Positions 1 through 9,941 of a stretch of DNA of 64,000 nt are shown here, piece by piece. The notes under the pieces are model-generated. The model made no database searches. It saw nothing but the letters and a program-made list of their open reading frames with translations, and was not told where the DNA came from. Within the stretch, counting starts at the first letter, position 1; every line of letters starts with the position of its first letter. Location of the stretch: contig OY829846.1 of assembly GCA_963691875.1 (NCBI GenBank), forward strand, positions 3,328,001 through 3,392,000. Direction: 5' to 3'. Source of the stretch: Aureliella sp. Lineage in GTDB: Bacteria > Planctomycetota > Planctomycetia > Pirellulales > Pirellulaceae. The position numbers and the translations under genes are program-made.

Positions 1-2
1 AA

Positions 3-539
3 CAAGCTCGAGATGTCCAAGATGCTGCGTCTAAAAGACTTCCAGGAACTGACGACGTAGTCACCGGTGCAGGAAACTCATCTGACGATGTGGTAAAGCC
101 GCCTTCTTACAGTTTCCCAATGGAGGATGATGGGACCGTTGTAATCGAGCTTGCCTTCTCTGGCCGAGTCGTGCGTCGAGTTAGTTTGTACGGACCACAG
201 ATTGGTGCCGACGGCGTTGTGAATCTAGGAAAGCTTGACCACACGAAGACTAATGGAAAGGCGTGGAACATTCTGGGCCGAATCCGCGGCGAAAGACAGC
301 TTGAAAGCATCGAGGTTGAAATACAAGGGATTCCCGGACTTCAGGCATCTACCAGCAGAATCGAATCAGAGAAAGTCGAAACAAGCTTTAAGATTCGGCT
401 TGAGCTAAAGGAGAAACTGGAACCCGCAATCTACAACCGCGAACAAGCGGGCAGAATGATTCTAAGGACCCCGGGGATGCCAGAGGGAGACGACGTCCTT
501 GAACTGCCAGTCCATCTTGTGATCAACGAAAAAAACTAG
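3..539 (+). CDS. Hypothetical protein, C-terminal part (beta-rich/Ig-like; starts before the window)
   Basis: The frame of ORF 90..539 is open back to base 3; its stop lies 30 bp before the next gene. Confidence 0.6.
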   Translation, partial: QARDVQDAASKRLPGTDDVVTGAGNSSDDVVKPPSYSFPMEDDGTVVIELAFSGRVVRRVSLYGPQIGADGVVNLGKLDHTKTNGKAWNILGRIRGERQLESIEVEIQGIPGLQASTSRIESEKVETSFKIRLELKEKLEPAIYNREQAGRMILRTPGMPEGDDVLELPVHLVINEKN

Positions 540-568
540 TCACATCCAACGTCTTCCGAGCTTAAACA

Positions 569-2683
569 ATGTCTTCTGGTACAGATAGAAGCACCAATAC
601 ATGCGGTAGCTGTGGTGCTATCAATCAGACCGGTGATCGCTTCTGTTCGGGCTGTGGCCAATCGCTGTGGGAAAAATGCCCTAACTGCGGCGAACAGACT
701 CCCATTGGTCGCAACTTTTGCAACAGTTGCGGACATAACCTCAAGGAAGCAGCGGATACGAGAATTGCCGCGCAGTTGGAGCAGTTGGAACGCGCGAAAA
801 GCCTGATGGAAGAAGGAAAGCACTCATTCGCACTGCGTATTCTTGAGCCTCTATGCGAAGCATCGGACTATCGGTACAAGGCGAATGCGGAGGCCGCCCG
901 GACGCTGTTGGCTGATTGCACTCGTGATCTAAACGAGTGGCAGGAGAAGTTGGATGCAATCCCTGCTCGTGCTACACGTTACGTAGGCGAGCATCGCTAT
1001 CAAGAGGCGGTGGAGCTGATAACGCCTATTCCGGCTGGCGTGCGGACCGGGGAGTTGAAAGAGTTGCTGCAGGAAGCCGAGGCCAAAGCGGCGACCGGAA
1101 GCAAAGCAAGACGCAACCTAAAAGTGACTTTGGCCGAGAAGGATTGGCAAGGAGCACTTTACGAACTCTCAACGCTCCGCGATTTATTCCCCAAGAAAGA
1201 AAAGTACCAGGAACTGACGACGCAGGTTGCTGACAAAATTCTTCGGAACGCAGAAAAACTCTCCGCCAAGAGAGGGTACGCGGAAGCACTTGAGATGCTG
1301 GGCTCTATTCCAGCTGAGTATGAAAGCGGCAAAGCCGAGTCTCTGCGCCGTACACTCCAAGACATCGTCTATCTACGCAAGCTGGTCGCGAGCTCTCCAC
1401 TTTGTTCTTCCGTTATTGGAGCGGCAATCGACAAGATTCAGAAGCTGACGCCAGAGGACCCGCGAGTAGAAAAGTTGCAGTCCAAGTACAAGCAGCAGCG
1501 CGCCGCGAAGCCGAGTAAAGACTTTCATTTCCTCACCCGTTGGATGAAAGTCCGTGAAGGCGTCTTTCCCGAGTCGATCGTTCCCTCGTACTTGCCTACA
1601 TCGATCCCGGGCTCGCGTCCAGCTGTGCTCACCAAAGCGGGTGGATTGTTTTGGACTGCATTCGGATTGGCTCTTCAGGGGATTGGAGAAGGGACAGAGA
1701 CAGCAAGCCTGACACGCCAGAACAAGAAAAGCTTCTTTGGCCTAGGAGGTAAGAAGAAGCCGGGAGCGGCGCAGGCTTGGGGCATCGACATTGGCGAACA
1801 CAGCATCAAGTTACTGCGTCTCCGAAAGGGAGATGCGGACGTCCAAATCGAAGAAGCTCGCCTCATTCCGATCGCCGAGTCGAAAAGTAGTGAGTCCAGC
1901 GCACCTACTGCTGCGACGATATTCAAAGCGCTCGATACAGCCGTGGCAGATTCAGCCCTGGGTGACGTGCCCGTTGTCTGCAACGTAGCAAACCGTGAGC
2001 TTCTTGCCAGATACATTGCCTTGCCATCGGACAAGCCAGCTCAGCACTCGACGTTTGTGCAGCAAGAAGCTCAGGCAAACATCCCCATCGCCCTCGATAT
2101 GTTGGACACCTGCTACTACACGTTCGACAAGCAGCACGAAAGCAGCATGTCACAGTCGGCTATGGTTCTTGCATTGAGGAAGACAGACGTAGAGTCGCGG
2201 CAGTCGGCCCTCAAGCAACTCAACCTAAATGGTGTAGCAATCGTGCCGGAACCGATCGCGAATTACAACACATTGCGGCACTTGAAAATGCTAGGGGAAG
2301 CCACGCCAGGGACGAGTGAGGCGGTTCTGATGATCGACATCGGACACTTGCGAACCAACATACAGTTCTTCTCCCACAGTGGCAGTTGGTACCGAACGAT
2401 TGACTGGGGAATCGACTCCATCACGAGTGCATTGGCGTCCGGGCTCAAGTTAACACATGCAGATGCAGATGCACTTCGGCGTAATATCATGCGAACACCA
2501 TCGGTATCCGAAGCTATGACCATTCTTCGCGATGCCTGTACCGTGCCAAAACGTGAATTGGACCGTTCGATCCGAGCTGCTGGAGAGCATATGCGTGACC
2601 TCAAAGTTGTGCAGTGCATTTTGACCGGTGGTGGAGCTTATCAACCATTCCTCGGCAGCTTTATCAATAACGAAAACCTATAG
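569..2683 (+). CDS. Double zinc ribbon + helical region + PilM-like actin-fold domain protein
   Basis: Four CxxC motifs at the N-terminus (CGSC, CSGC, CPNC, CNSC); C-terminal AWGIDIGEHSIK, MIDIGH and ILTGGGAY motifs of the PilM/FtsA family. Confidence 0.75.
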   Translation: MSSGTDRSTNTCGSCGAINQTGDRFCSGCGQSLWEKCPNCGEQTPIGRNFCNSCGHNLKEAADTRIAAQLEQLERAKSLMEEGKHSFALRILEPLCEASDYRYKANAEAARTLLADCTRDLNEWQEKLDAIPARATRYVGEHRYQEAVELITPIPAGVRTGELKELLQEAEAKAATGSKARRNLKVTLAEKDWQGALYELSTLRDLFPKKEKYQELTTQVADKILRNAEKLSAKRGYAEALEMLGSIPAEYESGKAESLRRTLQDIVYLRKLVASSPLCSSVIGAAIDKIQKLTPEDPRVEKLQSKYKQQRAAKPSKDFHFLTRWMKVREGVFPESIVPSYLPTSIPGSRPAVLTKAGGLFWTAFGLALQGIGEGTETASLTRQNKKSFFGLGGKKKPGAAQAWGIDIGEHSIKLLRLRKGDADVQIEEARLIPIAESKSSESSAPTAATIFKALDTAVADSALGDVPVVCNVANRELLARYIALPSDKPAQHSTFVQQEAQANIPIALDMLDTCYYTFDKQHESSMSQSAMVLALRKTDVESRQSALKQLNLNGVAIVPEPIANYNTLRHLKMLGEATPGTSEAVLMIDIGHLRTNIQFFSHSGSWYRTIDWGIDSITSALASGLKLTHADADALRRNIMRTPSVSEAMTILRDACTVPKRELDRSIRAAGEHMRDLKVVQCILTGGGAYQPFLGSFINNENL

Positions 2684-2729
2684 ACTGGTCATAAGGATTC
2701 GCATCGTGGCTAAGACTGGCTCACTGTTC

Positions 2730-4940
2730 ATGATTTTCTTCTCAAAGCCAACTACAGCGTTCTCCCTTTTGCTGTCGGTTGTACTATTCGCATTGGCAGG
2801 ATGCGGTGGCTCAGGCTCGGTCTCGATGGCAGAACTCCGTGCTGCAGCCAGCACGAATATGGGCGAAGATGACGATGAAGACGAGGATGACGGCAGCAAA
2901 AAGCCATTGACTGCGCAGCCTGCCGCAGAACGCACACGTCCGGGGCAACGCCCTACGACACCTCCCGAAACACCCGCTGCGAAGACCGAAGAAAAGCCAG
3001 AGGATGAGGGACCTGTCGCTCCGCCACCAGTTGCCCCCAAAGCCAACTCAGATGCCGCAGACGCGATCTCCGGAATCCTGCCGATTGCTCAACGCAAACC
3101 AACCGAAGCGTGGTCTCTGGAAAGGAGACGCAAGCGAAGCATTGATAACATGAAACGCATCAACCACGCCATCTACAAGTGGCTAGACGATAAATCCCAA
3201 GTGCCGCAAAGCGTCATTGTAGACGCGACACGTCAGAAAGGGCTTTCTTGGCGAGTCGCTATTCTGCCCCTGCTTGGATACGAAGAATTGTACAAGAAGT
3301 TCAATCTAAAAGAGCCTTGGGATAGCCCCACCAACGAAGCACTACTCAAATACATACCACCCGAGTTCGTCAGTCCAGAGCACTTTGATGAAAATACAAA
3401 CTATCAAATGTTCGTCAACGGTACGGCATTGTTCTCGGAGAAAGAACGCAAGGACAAATCAGACATCAGCGACGGCAAATATGTTGTGGTGATGGGTGAA
3501 ATTGACCGCAAGTTTGCTGTACCTTGGACCTCACCTTACGACTATGACGTCTCCGAAGAGCCACTTACCCGTGGCCTTGGAAACGAGAGGCAAGATGGAG
3601 CGTTTGTCGGTTGGTTGACGGGACGACCAAGTCTTTGGCCGAACCCGATCAATGTGACTGAGCTGAAGAAAGCACTGACCTTCGAAGCGGGTGATCGCTT
3701 CAATATTGCTCAATACACGGCCTACCCCCCCTCGCTTCCGGGCGGAGACGGTCGGCCAAATATTAGCGGAGGAGGGACGGTCGCCAGCCTCGGCGATCCA
3801 ACTGGACCGACACGCAGCATTCCGCTCACAGACAACCCCGTTCAACGCAACCCTCCCCCGGTGCAAATTGGTACTAAAAACGCAAACATTTCTCGTGTGC
3901 CAATGCCAGCCCGGGAAGAAATTATTGCTGCGGAGGCAAAAATGCGTGCAACCTACGAGGACACTTTCAAGGCTGCTCGCACCAAAATTGAACTGGCCAA
4001 GTTGGCGAAAACCATCCACAGCCAACTCTTGACCTCCCGAACTCGTGTAGCTGGGACGAGCTCCACGAGTGATCCCGATGACTCAGATGATGGCAACTCC
4101 GGAGCCGGTGGTGTCAGTGTGGGAGTCTCGAATTTGCCACCCGCTGAACTTTTTGTCGGGCTACGTTCGGCATTTCGCCTTGCGATTCGAGGTGCAGATG
4201 CGAATCTCTCGCTACAACTACTGAACGAGCTTGAGAATCGCTTCGTTCTTGATCTGGACGAATACGAAAGCGAAATGTTCGATGGATTGCTCGGGAAAAA
4301 GGGCTCGTTACGACTTGAACTAAACAAAGCGTCGGTGCTTATCCCGATTCTCGAAAATTTGGTTCTCCAAAATATCGTTGAAGATGACTACCGCCGAGCA
4401 GACAAAAATCTAGGTTATGGCCTAGCCGCAGTCCGGCACATGAACGATCGCGAGACGAACTACAAGTGGAAGGTCATGCGAGAAAGAGTGGAGGAGGGCA
4501 AAAAGCGCTTCCCACGTGTTGCGAAGCATATTAGTACACTCGAGTCCGATCCAGAGAACCCCGAAGCCAACCTAGCGGTTGGCTGGTATTTCTGCATCGT
4601 GAAGGAAAACTGGGCGAAGGGAGCTTCGATGCTTGCCAAGTCCAAGGATCGTGAACTTCGAGCCTTAGCGTTGCTGGAGATCCAGCAAGATGCGAATTTC
4701 GGGCGTCACGTAACCTTGGGCGATGGCTGGTGGGATTATGGTCAAAAACAAAAGGACGAAACGCTTGTATTCGAAGCGACCATGAAACGAGCACGATTCT
4801 GGTATCTTTCCGCCTCGGAAAACCTTCCAGATGGACTGGATCGTATTCGAGCCAACAATCGGCTCGACAACATTGACCGTATGATCGGACGCTCGGCGAA
4901 TCCTCAAGACCAGGCAATTCGCGGTTCTAGGACCTTCTAG
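2730..4940 (+). CDS. DUF1559-domain lipoprotein with C-terminal helical planctomycete domain
   Basis: Lipobox LAGC; LSWRVAILPLLGYEELYKKFNLKEPWDSPTN and VPWTSP are DUF1559-type motifs. Start moved to ATG 2730. Confidence 0.75.
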   Translation: MIFFSKPTTAFSLLLSVVLFALAGCGGSGSVSMAELRAAASTNMGEDDDEDEDDGSKKPLTAQPAAERTRPGQRPTTPPETPAAKTEEKPEDEGPVAPPPVAPKANSDAADAISGILPIAQRKPTEAWSLERRRKRSIDNMKRINHAIYKWLDDKSQVPQSVIVDATRQKGLSWRVAILPLLGYEELYKKFNLKEPWDSPTNEALLKYIPPEFVSPEHFDENTNYQMFVNGTALFSEKERKDKSDISDGKYVVVMGEIDRKFAVPWTSPYDYDVSEEPLTRGLGNERQDGAFVGWLTGRPSLWPNPINVTELKKALTFEAGDRFNIAQYTAYPPSLPGGDGRPNISGGGTVASLGDPTGPTRSIPLTDNPVQRNPPPVQIGTKNANISRVPMPAREEIIAAEAKMRATYEDTFKAARTKIELAKLAKTIHSQLLTSRTRVAGTSSTSDPDDSDDGNSGAGGVSVGVSNLPPAELFVGLRSAFRLAIRGADANLSLQLLNELENRFVLDLDEYESEMFDGLLGKKGSLRLELNKASVLIPILENLVLQNIVEDDYRRADKNLGYGLAAVRHMNDRETNYKWKVMRERVEEGKKRFPRVAKHISTLESDPENPEANLAVGWYFCIVKENWAKGASMLAKSKDRELRALALLEIQQDANFGRHVTLGDGWWDYGQKQKDETLVFEATMKRARFWYLSASENLPDGLDRIRANNRLDNIDRMIGRSANPQDQAIRGSRTF

Positions 4941-5046
4941 TTCTTCCAGTTGTGTTTGTACCCCAAACTGCTTGCCGTTCTAAAGAGTCAGAAAACTGAA
5001 TAAGAGGCGAAAATCAGAGTCTTCTGCGGCCGCCCTCGAGTCGCAA

Positions 5047-6903
5047 ATGCAGGCCTGGTTTGCGGTCAACTTTGCTTGGTGGCAGCCTATTCTGTTGGTT
5101 GCCGTAACCGCCTTAGTCTACGCTCCCACAACCAGCTTGACTTTCATTTGGGATGACGATCAGTACGTTTACTCCAACCCCATGCTTCAGTCCCCGGATG
5201 GCCTTTATTCCATCTGGACTGATCCAAGCAAGTCTCCTCAGTACTATCCGATTACCTTCACCGTTCTGTGGGTTCAGTACCAGCTCTTCGAGGACGCCCC
5301 CGCTGGCTACCATGCGCTGAACGTTCTCCTTCACGTGATCAACAGCTTGCTGTGCTTTGTGGTGCTTAAGCAACTACGTTTGTCGGCTGCATTTTGGATT
5401 GCGATGGCATTCGCGCTCCATCCCATTCAAGTCGAAACCGTGGCTTGGGTAACGGAGCTCAAGAATCTTCTCTCTGGCATGTTTTACGGCTTGGCATGGC
5501 TCACCATTTGGCCAGCACTTGCACCGAAATGGTCACGCTCAAAACGTTTGCCAGAAGAGAATGAGGAGCAAGCCAGACCAGCCATACTACTGACCATTTT
5601 TCAGTTTGGGCTGGGCACTCTGCTTTTCGCATGTGCCCTTTACAGCAAATCCATCACTGCTTCATTACCAGCTGCTCTAGCTGTTGCCCTCTGGTTCGCC
5701 CAAGGAAACATTCGCCGCAGCCAGATCGCAATACTCATACCCTTACTGCTTCTTGGAGCCTTTGCAGGTTGGCAAACGGCTTCCATGGAGCTTGAGCATG
5801 TCGGTGCTATCGGAGACGATTGGAATTACGGTTTTGTGGAACGAGTTGGCATCGCCTCGCGCTGCGTCGTACACTACATCCAGCAGTGCAGTGTGCCGTT
5901 TGAGCAGATGTTTTTCTACCCTCGTTATGAGCCAAAGATAAACGCAACGGCCTTATTTGCGATACTCGCTTGTTTCACCATTGCCTTTTCACTTACGATC
6001 TACACTTGGAAGCAACGGAAGCGTGGGGCAATTAGCAGTGTCGCATTCTTTGTTGGCTCAGCCCTTCCCGCCCTTGGCTTTTTAAATGTCTATCCGCACC
6101 GCTTTTCGTTTGTGGCCGATCATTTTGTCTACTTGCCGGTCGTCGGGGTCTTCTGCTTCGTTTGGTCTATTTTGCTCGATGGAGCGAAATTTGTTTGCCG
6201 AGACTTCAAAGTACAGCCACCACTTTGCCTACTCGCATTTGTCGCGCTCTTATGCGTTTACTGCTTTCAGACGATGCGTTACACGCCTGTTTTCGAATCC
6301 GAGAAAACACTGTGGACGGACACTATAAACAAGAACCCTAGTTCGGTCGCTGCATTGCAGAATCTAGCCCTTGTCTACGTTCGGGAAAACGATCCTGACG
6401 GAGCGTTGTTCTACCTTGAGAAAGCGGAAGAATATAAGTTTGACCGCTTTCAAACTCTGAACAGCAAAGGCTTGGTACTTGGCATGCAAGGGCGAGTCAT
6501 TTCAGCCAAGCAGGCTTTCATGGAATCTATTACGGAAGATCCGACCAATCCAACACCTTGGGTCAACTTGGGCAACCTCTCCAGAAATGCCCCCAACTCC
6601 GGTGCAGGTCTGATGAGTCCCAAACAGTACTACGAAAAATCATGGCAAGTGAAACCCAACTATCTGGCCGCGTTTGCGCTCGGCGAAAGTGCTTTCAAGG
6701 CTGACGACTTTCTCATTGCAGCCGACTGGTATCAGAAAGCTGTATCAGAACGGCCTTGGGATATCGACGCTTTGTACAACCGCGCTCTTAGCCTTCTATC
6801 CGCAGGACAAGTTGACGAAGCCCGCGCCGCCTGTGAAGAATTGCTCGAACAGTACCCCAACGACAGAGAAACCAAGAAGTTACTTCGCAAGTGCCGGCCC
6901 TAG
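5047..6903 (+). CDS. TMTC-like GT-C membrane glycosyltransferase with C-terminal TPRs
   Basis: FIWDDDQY, YYPIT, FALHPIQVETVAW and ADHFVYLP motifs; multiple TM segments; TPR tail. Confidence 0.8.
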   Translation: MQAWFAVNFAWWQPILLVAVTALVYAPTTSLTFIWDDDQYVYSNPMLQSPDGLYSIWTDPSKSPQYYPITFTVLWVQYQLFEDAPAGYHALNVLLHVINSLLCFVVLKQLRLSAAFWIAMAFALHPIQVETVAWVTELKNLLSGMFYGLAWLTIWPALAPKWSRSKRLPEENEEQARPAILLTIFQFGLGTLLFACALYSKSITASLPAALAVALWFAQGNIRRSQIAILIPLLLLGAFAGWQTASMELEHVGAIGDDWNYGFVERVGIASRCVVHYIQQCSVPFEQMFFYPRYEPKINATALFAILACFTIAFSLTIYTWKQRKRGAISSVAFFVGSALPALGFLNVYPHRFSFVADHFVYLPVVGVFCFVWSILLDGAKFVCRDFKVQPPLCLLAFVALLCVYCFQTMRYTPVFESEKTLWTDTINKNPSSVAALQNLALVYVRENDPDGALFYLEKAEEYKFDRFQTLNSKGLVLGMQGRVISAKQAFMESITEDPTNPTPWVNLGNLSRNAPNSGAGLMSPKQYYEKSWQVKPNYLAAFALGESAFKADDFLIAADWYQKAVSERPWDIDALYNRALSLLSAGQVDEARAACEELLEQYPNDRETKKLLRKCRP

Positions 6904-7134
6904 CAACACTCTCAAGCACCTACCTGCGCTGGAGTGTGAATCTCCCTCGGCTTCAGCCAGTTATCCGCCATCGCTCTCGCTCCGACGCTAGCATGCTCGG
7001 CTCAATTGACTAAATCGCGACTTTGATCGGTCCCGCAACCTTGCCCTACCTGACGCCCAGATCATGATCTCGATAGAATGCTACCGTAATAGTACATCTC
7101 GTCCTCTGCTACTTGCGCCGGCAACTGAGAATTT

Positions 7135-8409
7135 ATGGTTGGTGTTGATGACATCGTAATCACCGGAATCGGTTGCGTTACTTCGATTGGAATCGGAAGA
7201 GAAGCGTTCACTCAGGCAATGCGGGACGGAAAAAGTGCGGTCCGTGCAATTAATGAAACGGGCGAGGACCGACGGACCATCTACGCGGCTCCCGTTACGG
7301 ACTTCGAAGGCAAGCAATACGTAAAGCCACGCAAGGCGCTGAAGGTCATGAGCCCCGAAGTGCAAATGGCTTACAGCGCGGCTCAACTGGCTTGGCAGGA
7401 CGCTGGACTCGAAGAAGCAGAACTTGAGTCAGAACGGCTCGGTGTAATATATGGTTCGGAATTGATCCCTGGGAACCTCGATGACATGGTTGGAGGAGTC
7501 AAAGCCTGTGCCGAAGATGGCAAACTTGACCTTTCGCGTTGGGGAAAGGTTTTTGAGAAGCAAGTTTATCCACTTTGGATGCTCCGCAATCTTCCTAACA
7601 TGCCCGCCTGCCACGTCGGAATTGCCATCGACGCTCGTGGCCCGAACAACACCATCGCTCAAGAGGAAGTTAGCAGCCTTCTCGCCCTTCAAGAAGCTGC
7701 TTTGATGATCGAGCGCGACCGAGCGGATTTGATCGTCGTTGGTGGAATTGGCAATCGCTGTGCGCCCTCGCGGATCACCCACTGTTGGCAGGCAAGCTGC
7801 GACCGACATCCCTACGATTCCTCATCGCACGATTCACCACGCTGTCGTCCCTTCGCCTTCGACAGTCGGGGAATCGTGGCGGGTGCAGGAGCAGGAGCTA
7901 TCGTCCTGGAACGGCGAAGTCAAGCTGTTCGCCGCGGTGCCCATGTACTTGCTCGATACCGCGGAGGAGCGAGTCGTTGTGCGGCACCTAAGACTAAGTA
8001 CGGCGGCAGCCGCGTCAGTTCACAACTCGCCGTCGAAGCGGCCCTAGCTGAAGCAAATGTTGCGGCCAGTGACCTGGATCATATCAATGCACAAGGATAT
8101 GCCTTCCGTGACTTGGACCTTGAGGAAGCGGCCGCAATCGAGGCTTCGGTGGGTAGCACTCCCGTCACCGCCTTCTCGCCGAGGATTGGCACCGCTGGGG
8201 CAGGTTGCGGAATACTGGAGTTGTTGGCAAGCTTGGTGGGCATGCAAGACAGTCGTCGATTCGGAATGCTTGGACATCCTGGCGCCAGCGTGGACTGCGA
8301 GCTTCATCTATGCTTGGAAGACGGCAAGACAAACTCACCCTACTTCTTAAAGCATAGTTTTACGCCTCTTGGACATGCAGCCGCAGTCGTGATTGAATCG
8401 GAAGTTTGA
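7135..8409 (+). CDS. Beta-ketoacyl synthase family protein, non-catalytic (chain-length-factor-like)
   Basis: VITGIGCVTSIG start and GPNNTI motif; the Cys-His-His triad positions read E, Q and T. Confidence 0.8.
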   Translation: MVGVDDIVITGIGCVTSIGIGREAFTQAMRDGKSAVRAINETGEDRRTIYAAPVTDFEGKQYVKPRKALKVMSPEVQMAYSAAQLAWQDAGLEEAELESERLGVIYGSELIPGNLDDMVGGVKACAEDGKLDLSRWGKVFEKQVYPLWMLRNLPNMPACHVGIAIDARGPNNTIAQEEVSSLLALQEAALMIERDRADLIVVGGIGNRCAPSRITHCWQASCDRHPYDSSSHDSPRCRPFAFDSRGIVAGAGAGAIVLERRSQAVRRGAHVLARYRGGASRCAAPKTKYGGSRVSSQLAVEAALAEANVAASDLDHINAQGYAFRDLDLEEAAAIEASVGSTPVTAFSPRIGTAGAGCGILELLASLVGMQDSRRFGMLGHPGASVDCELHLCLEDGKTNSPYFLKHSFTPLGHAAAVVIESEV

Positions 8410-8471
8410 CGAAACAGCCTGCGAATCGAGGTACACTAAACCGTCTCGGTTGAGAAACTGCGAGTACAATT

Positions 8472-8638
8472 CCGTGATCTCGTAGGCCAATAACGCGCGA
8501 AACGCTGTTACGGCGACGCGGCCAGCAGACTTAGCGGCATTGGTCCTAGCCGCAGGTTCTTCAGTTCGCCGTCGCGCGTTTATCGGAGTGGCCGCTATAC
8601 ACGGCGCATCTACTCGCGAAAAGCCCGAGACCTCACGG
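8472..8638 (+). ncRNA. Candidate structured RNA upstream of ate
   Basis: Nested complementary segments CCGTGATCTCG/CGAGACCTCACGG, GGCCA/TGGCC, ATAACGCGCG/CGCGCGTTTAT, ACGGCGA/TCGCCGT and GCGGC/GCCGC. Strand is inferred from a TACAAT at 8465-8470. Confidence 0.55.
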
Positions 8639-8687
8639 CGATACGACTAACTGAAACAACAGACCGCCTTGCACATTGAATACAGGG

Positions 8688-9398
8688 ATGCTGGAACCAG
8701 ACTTTCTCCACGTAGCGATGGACGAGCCCGATCAATGCCCCTATCTGACTGGGCAGACCGCCCGAATGCCCTTGCGTGTGCCGCGTGTGGGACTTTACGG
8801 CGAGCAAGTCGATCAGCTGCTGGAATCTGGTTTTCGGCGTACAGGCCTGTTCTTTTACCGAACTCAATGCCCCAATTGTCAGGCCTGTGAAGCAACGCGA
8901 CTGGAAGTGCAAACTTTTAAACCAACGCGTTCTCAAAAGCGTGTGCAAAAGAAAGGTGATGCCGCATTTGAAACGCGCATTGCGACGCCAACACTAGATG
9001 CAACGCGACTACGTTTATTCAACGAACATCGACTCAAGCGAGGTTTGGCGCAGCGGGAAGGCGCTCTCGACGAGGGTGATTATCGAGGGTTTTTACTTAA
9101 CGCTCCCTGCGAGTCAGTGGAGTTGAGCCTATGGAAAGAAGGGGAACTGCAGGCCGTCTCGATCACCGACGTGGGTGCCAATTCCTTGTCAGCCGTGTAC
9201 TGTTTTTTTGACCCGGAGTCGTCAGGATTGAGCCCCGGAACTTACGCCATCCTACAACAGATTCGCTTTGCCGAACAACTCGAACGCAAATGGTTGTATC
9301 TTGGCTATTACGTGCGTGACAATCGCCATCTGAACTATAAGTCGCGTTTCGGTCCACAGCAGAGATTGCTGTCAAACACGTGGGTAAATTTTGACTAA
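8688..9398 (+). CDS. ate: Arginyl-tRNA--protein transferase family (ATE/Bpt)
   Basis: CPYL, GFRRTG, YRTQCPNCQAC, LSAVYCFFDP, SPGTYAIL, LYLGYYV and YKSRF motifs. Confidence 0.85.
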   Translation: MLEPDFLHVAMDEPDQCPYLTGQTARMPLRVPRVGLYGEQVDQLLESGFRRTGLFFYRTQCPNCQACEATRLEVQTFKPTRSQKRVQKKGDAAFETRIATPTLDATRLRLFNEHRLKRGLAQREGALDEGDYRGFLLNAPCESVELSLWKEGELQAVSITDVGANSLSAVYCFFDPESSGLSPGTYAILQQIRFAEQLERKWLYLGYYVRDNRHLNYKSRFGPQQRLLSNTWVNFD

Positions 9399-9941
9399 AG
9401 TTAATTTCTTCGTGATCTCTCTTGCTATAACGCACCGATATTTCATATTCAGAAATTGGTTCCTCTTCTTTTTGATTGGATTCGGAACTGTGTCGCCTCT
9501 CACACAACCTGAATTCGTAGAAACCACAACCTGACGCACTTCGCTCAAAAAGCGTGCGTAGGGGAATCGCCACAGATGGATGTCTTGCAAAAGACAGGTC
9601 CGGCAGGCGAATTCTTTCTCTCTGGATCTGGCTATTTGCTGGTGGCACAGCACACTCCGCCACACAGTGTTGCTTCTTTTGCCAGCTGCTTGCAACGCAT
9701 GCATTATGCCAAGCACTCGAATACAAGAGAACACTAGTGAACAGATCGCGTCAGAACCCATCGATTTCCTCAGTAAGTCTTCGCCATAAGTGTCGACGCA
9801 TCGGGGGGAACAGCCAGTTGCTGCACTCGTGGTGCTTCCAACCACGAACGCTCCACTGAGTCCTGACGTTAGATCTTGCAACCGGCTTTCCCTTGTCTTC
9901 TGTGCTGAGCGTCCAGGCCGAAGAGACAAGGGAGAAGCAAA

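Noticed and set aside
9594..9612. CAGGTCCGGCAGG as the SRP RNA core
   Set aside because: It lacks the GGAA tetraloop/AGCAG motif and the flanking long helix.
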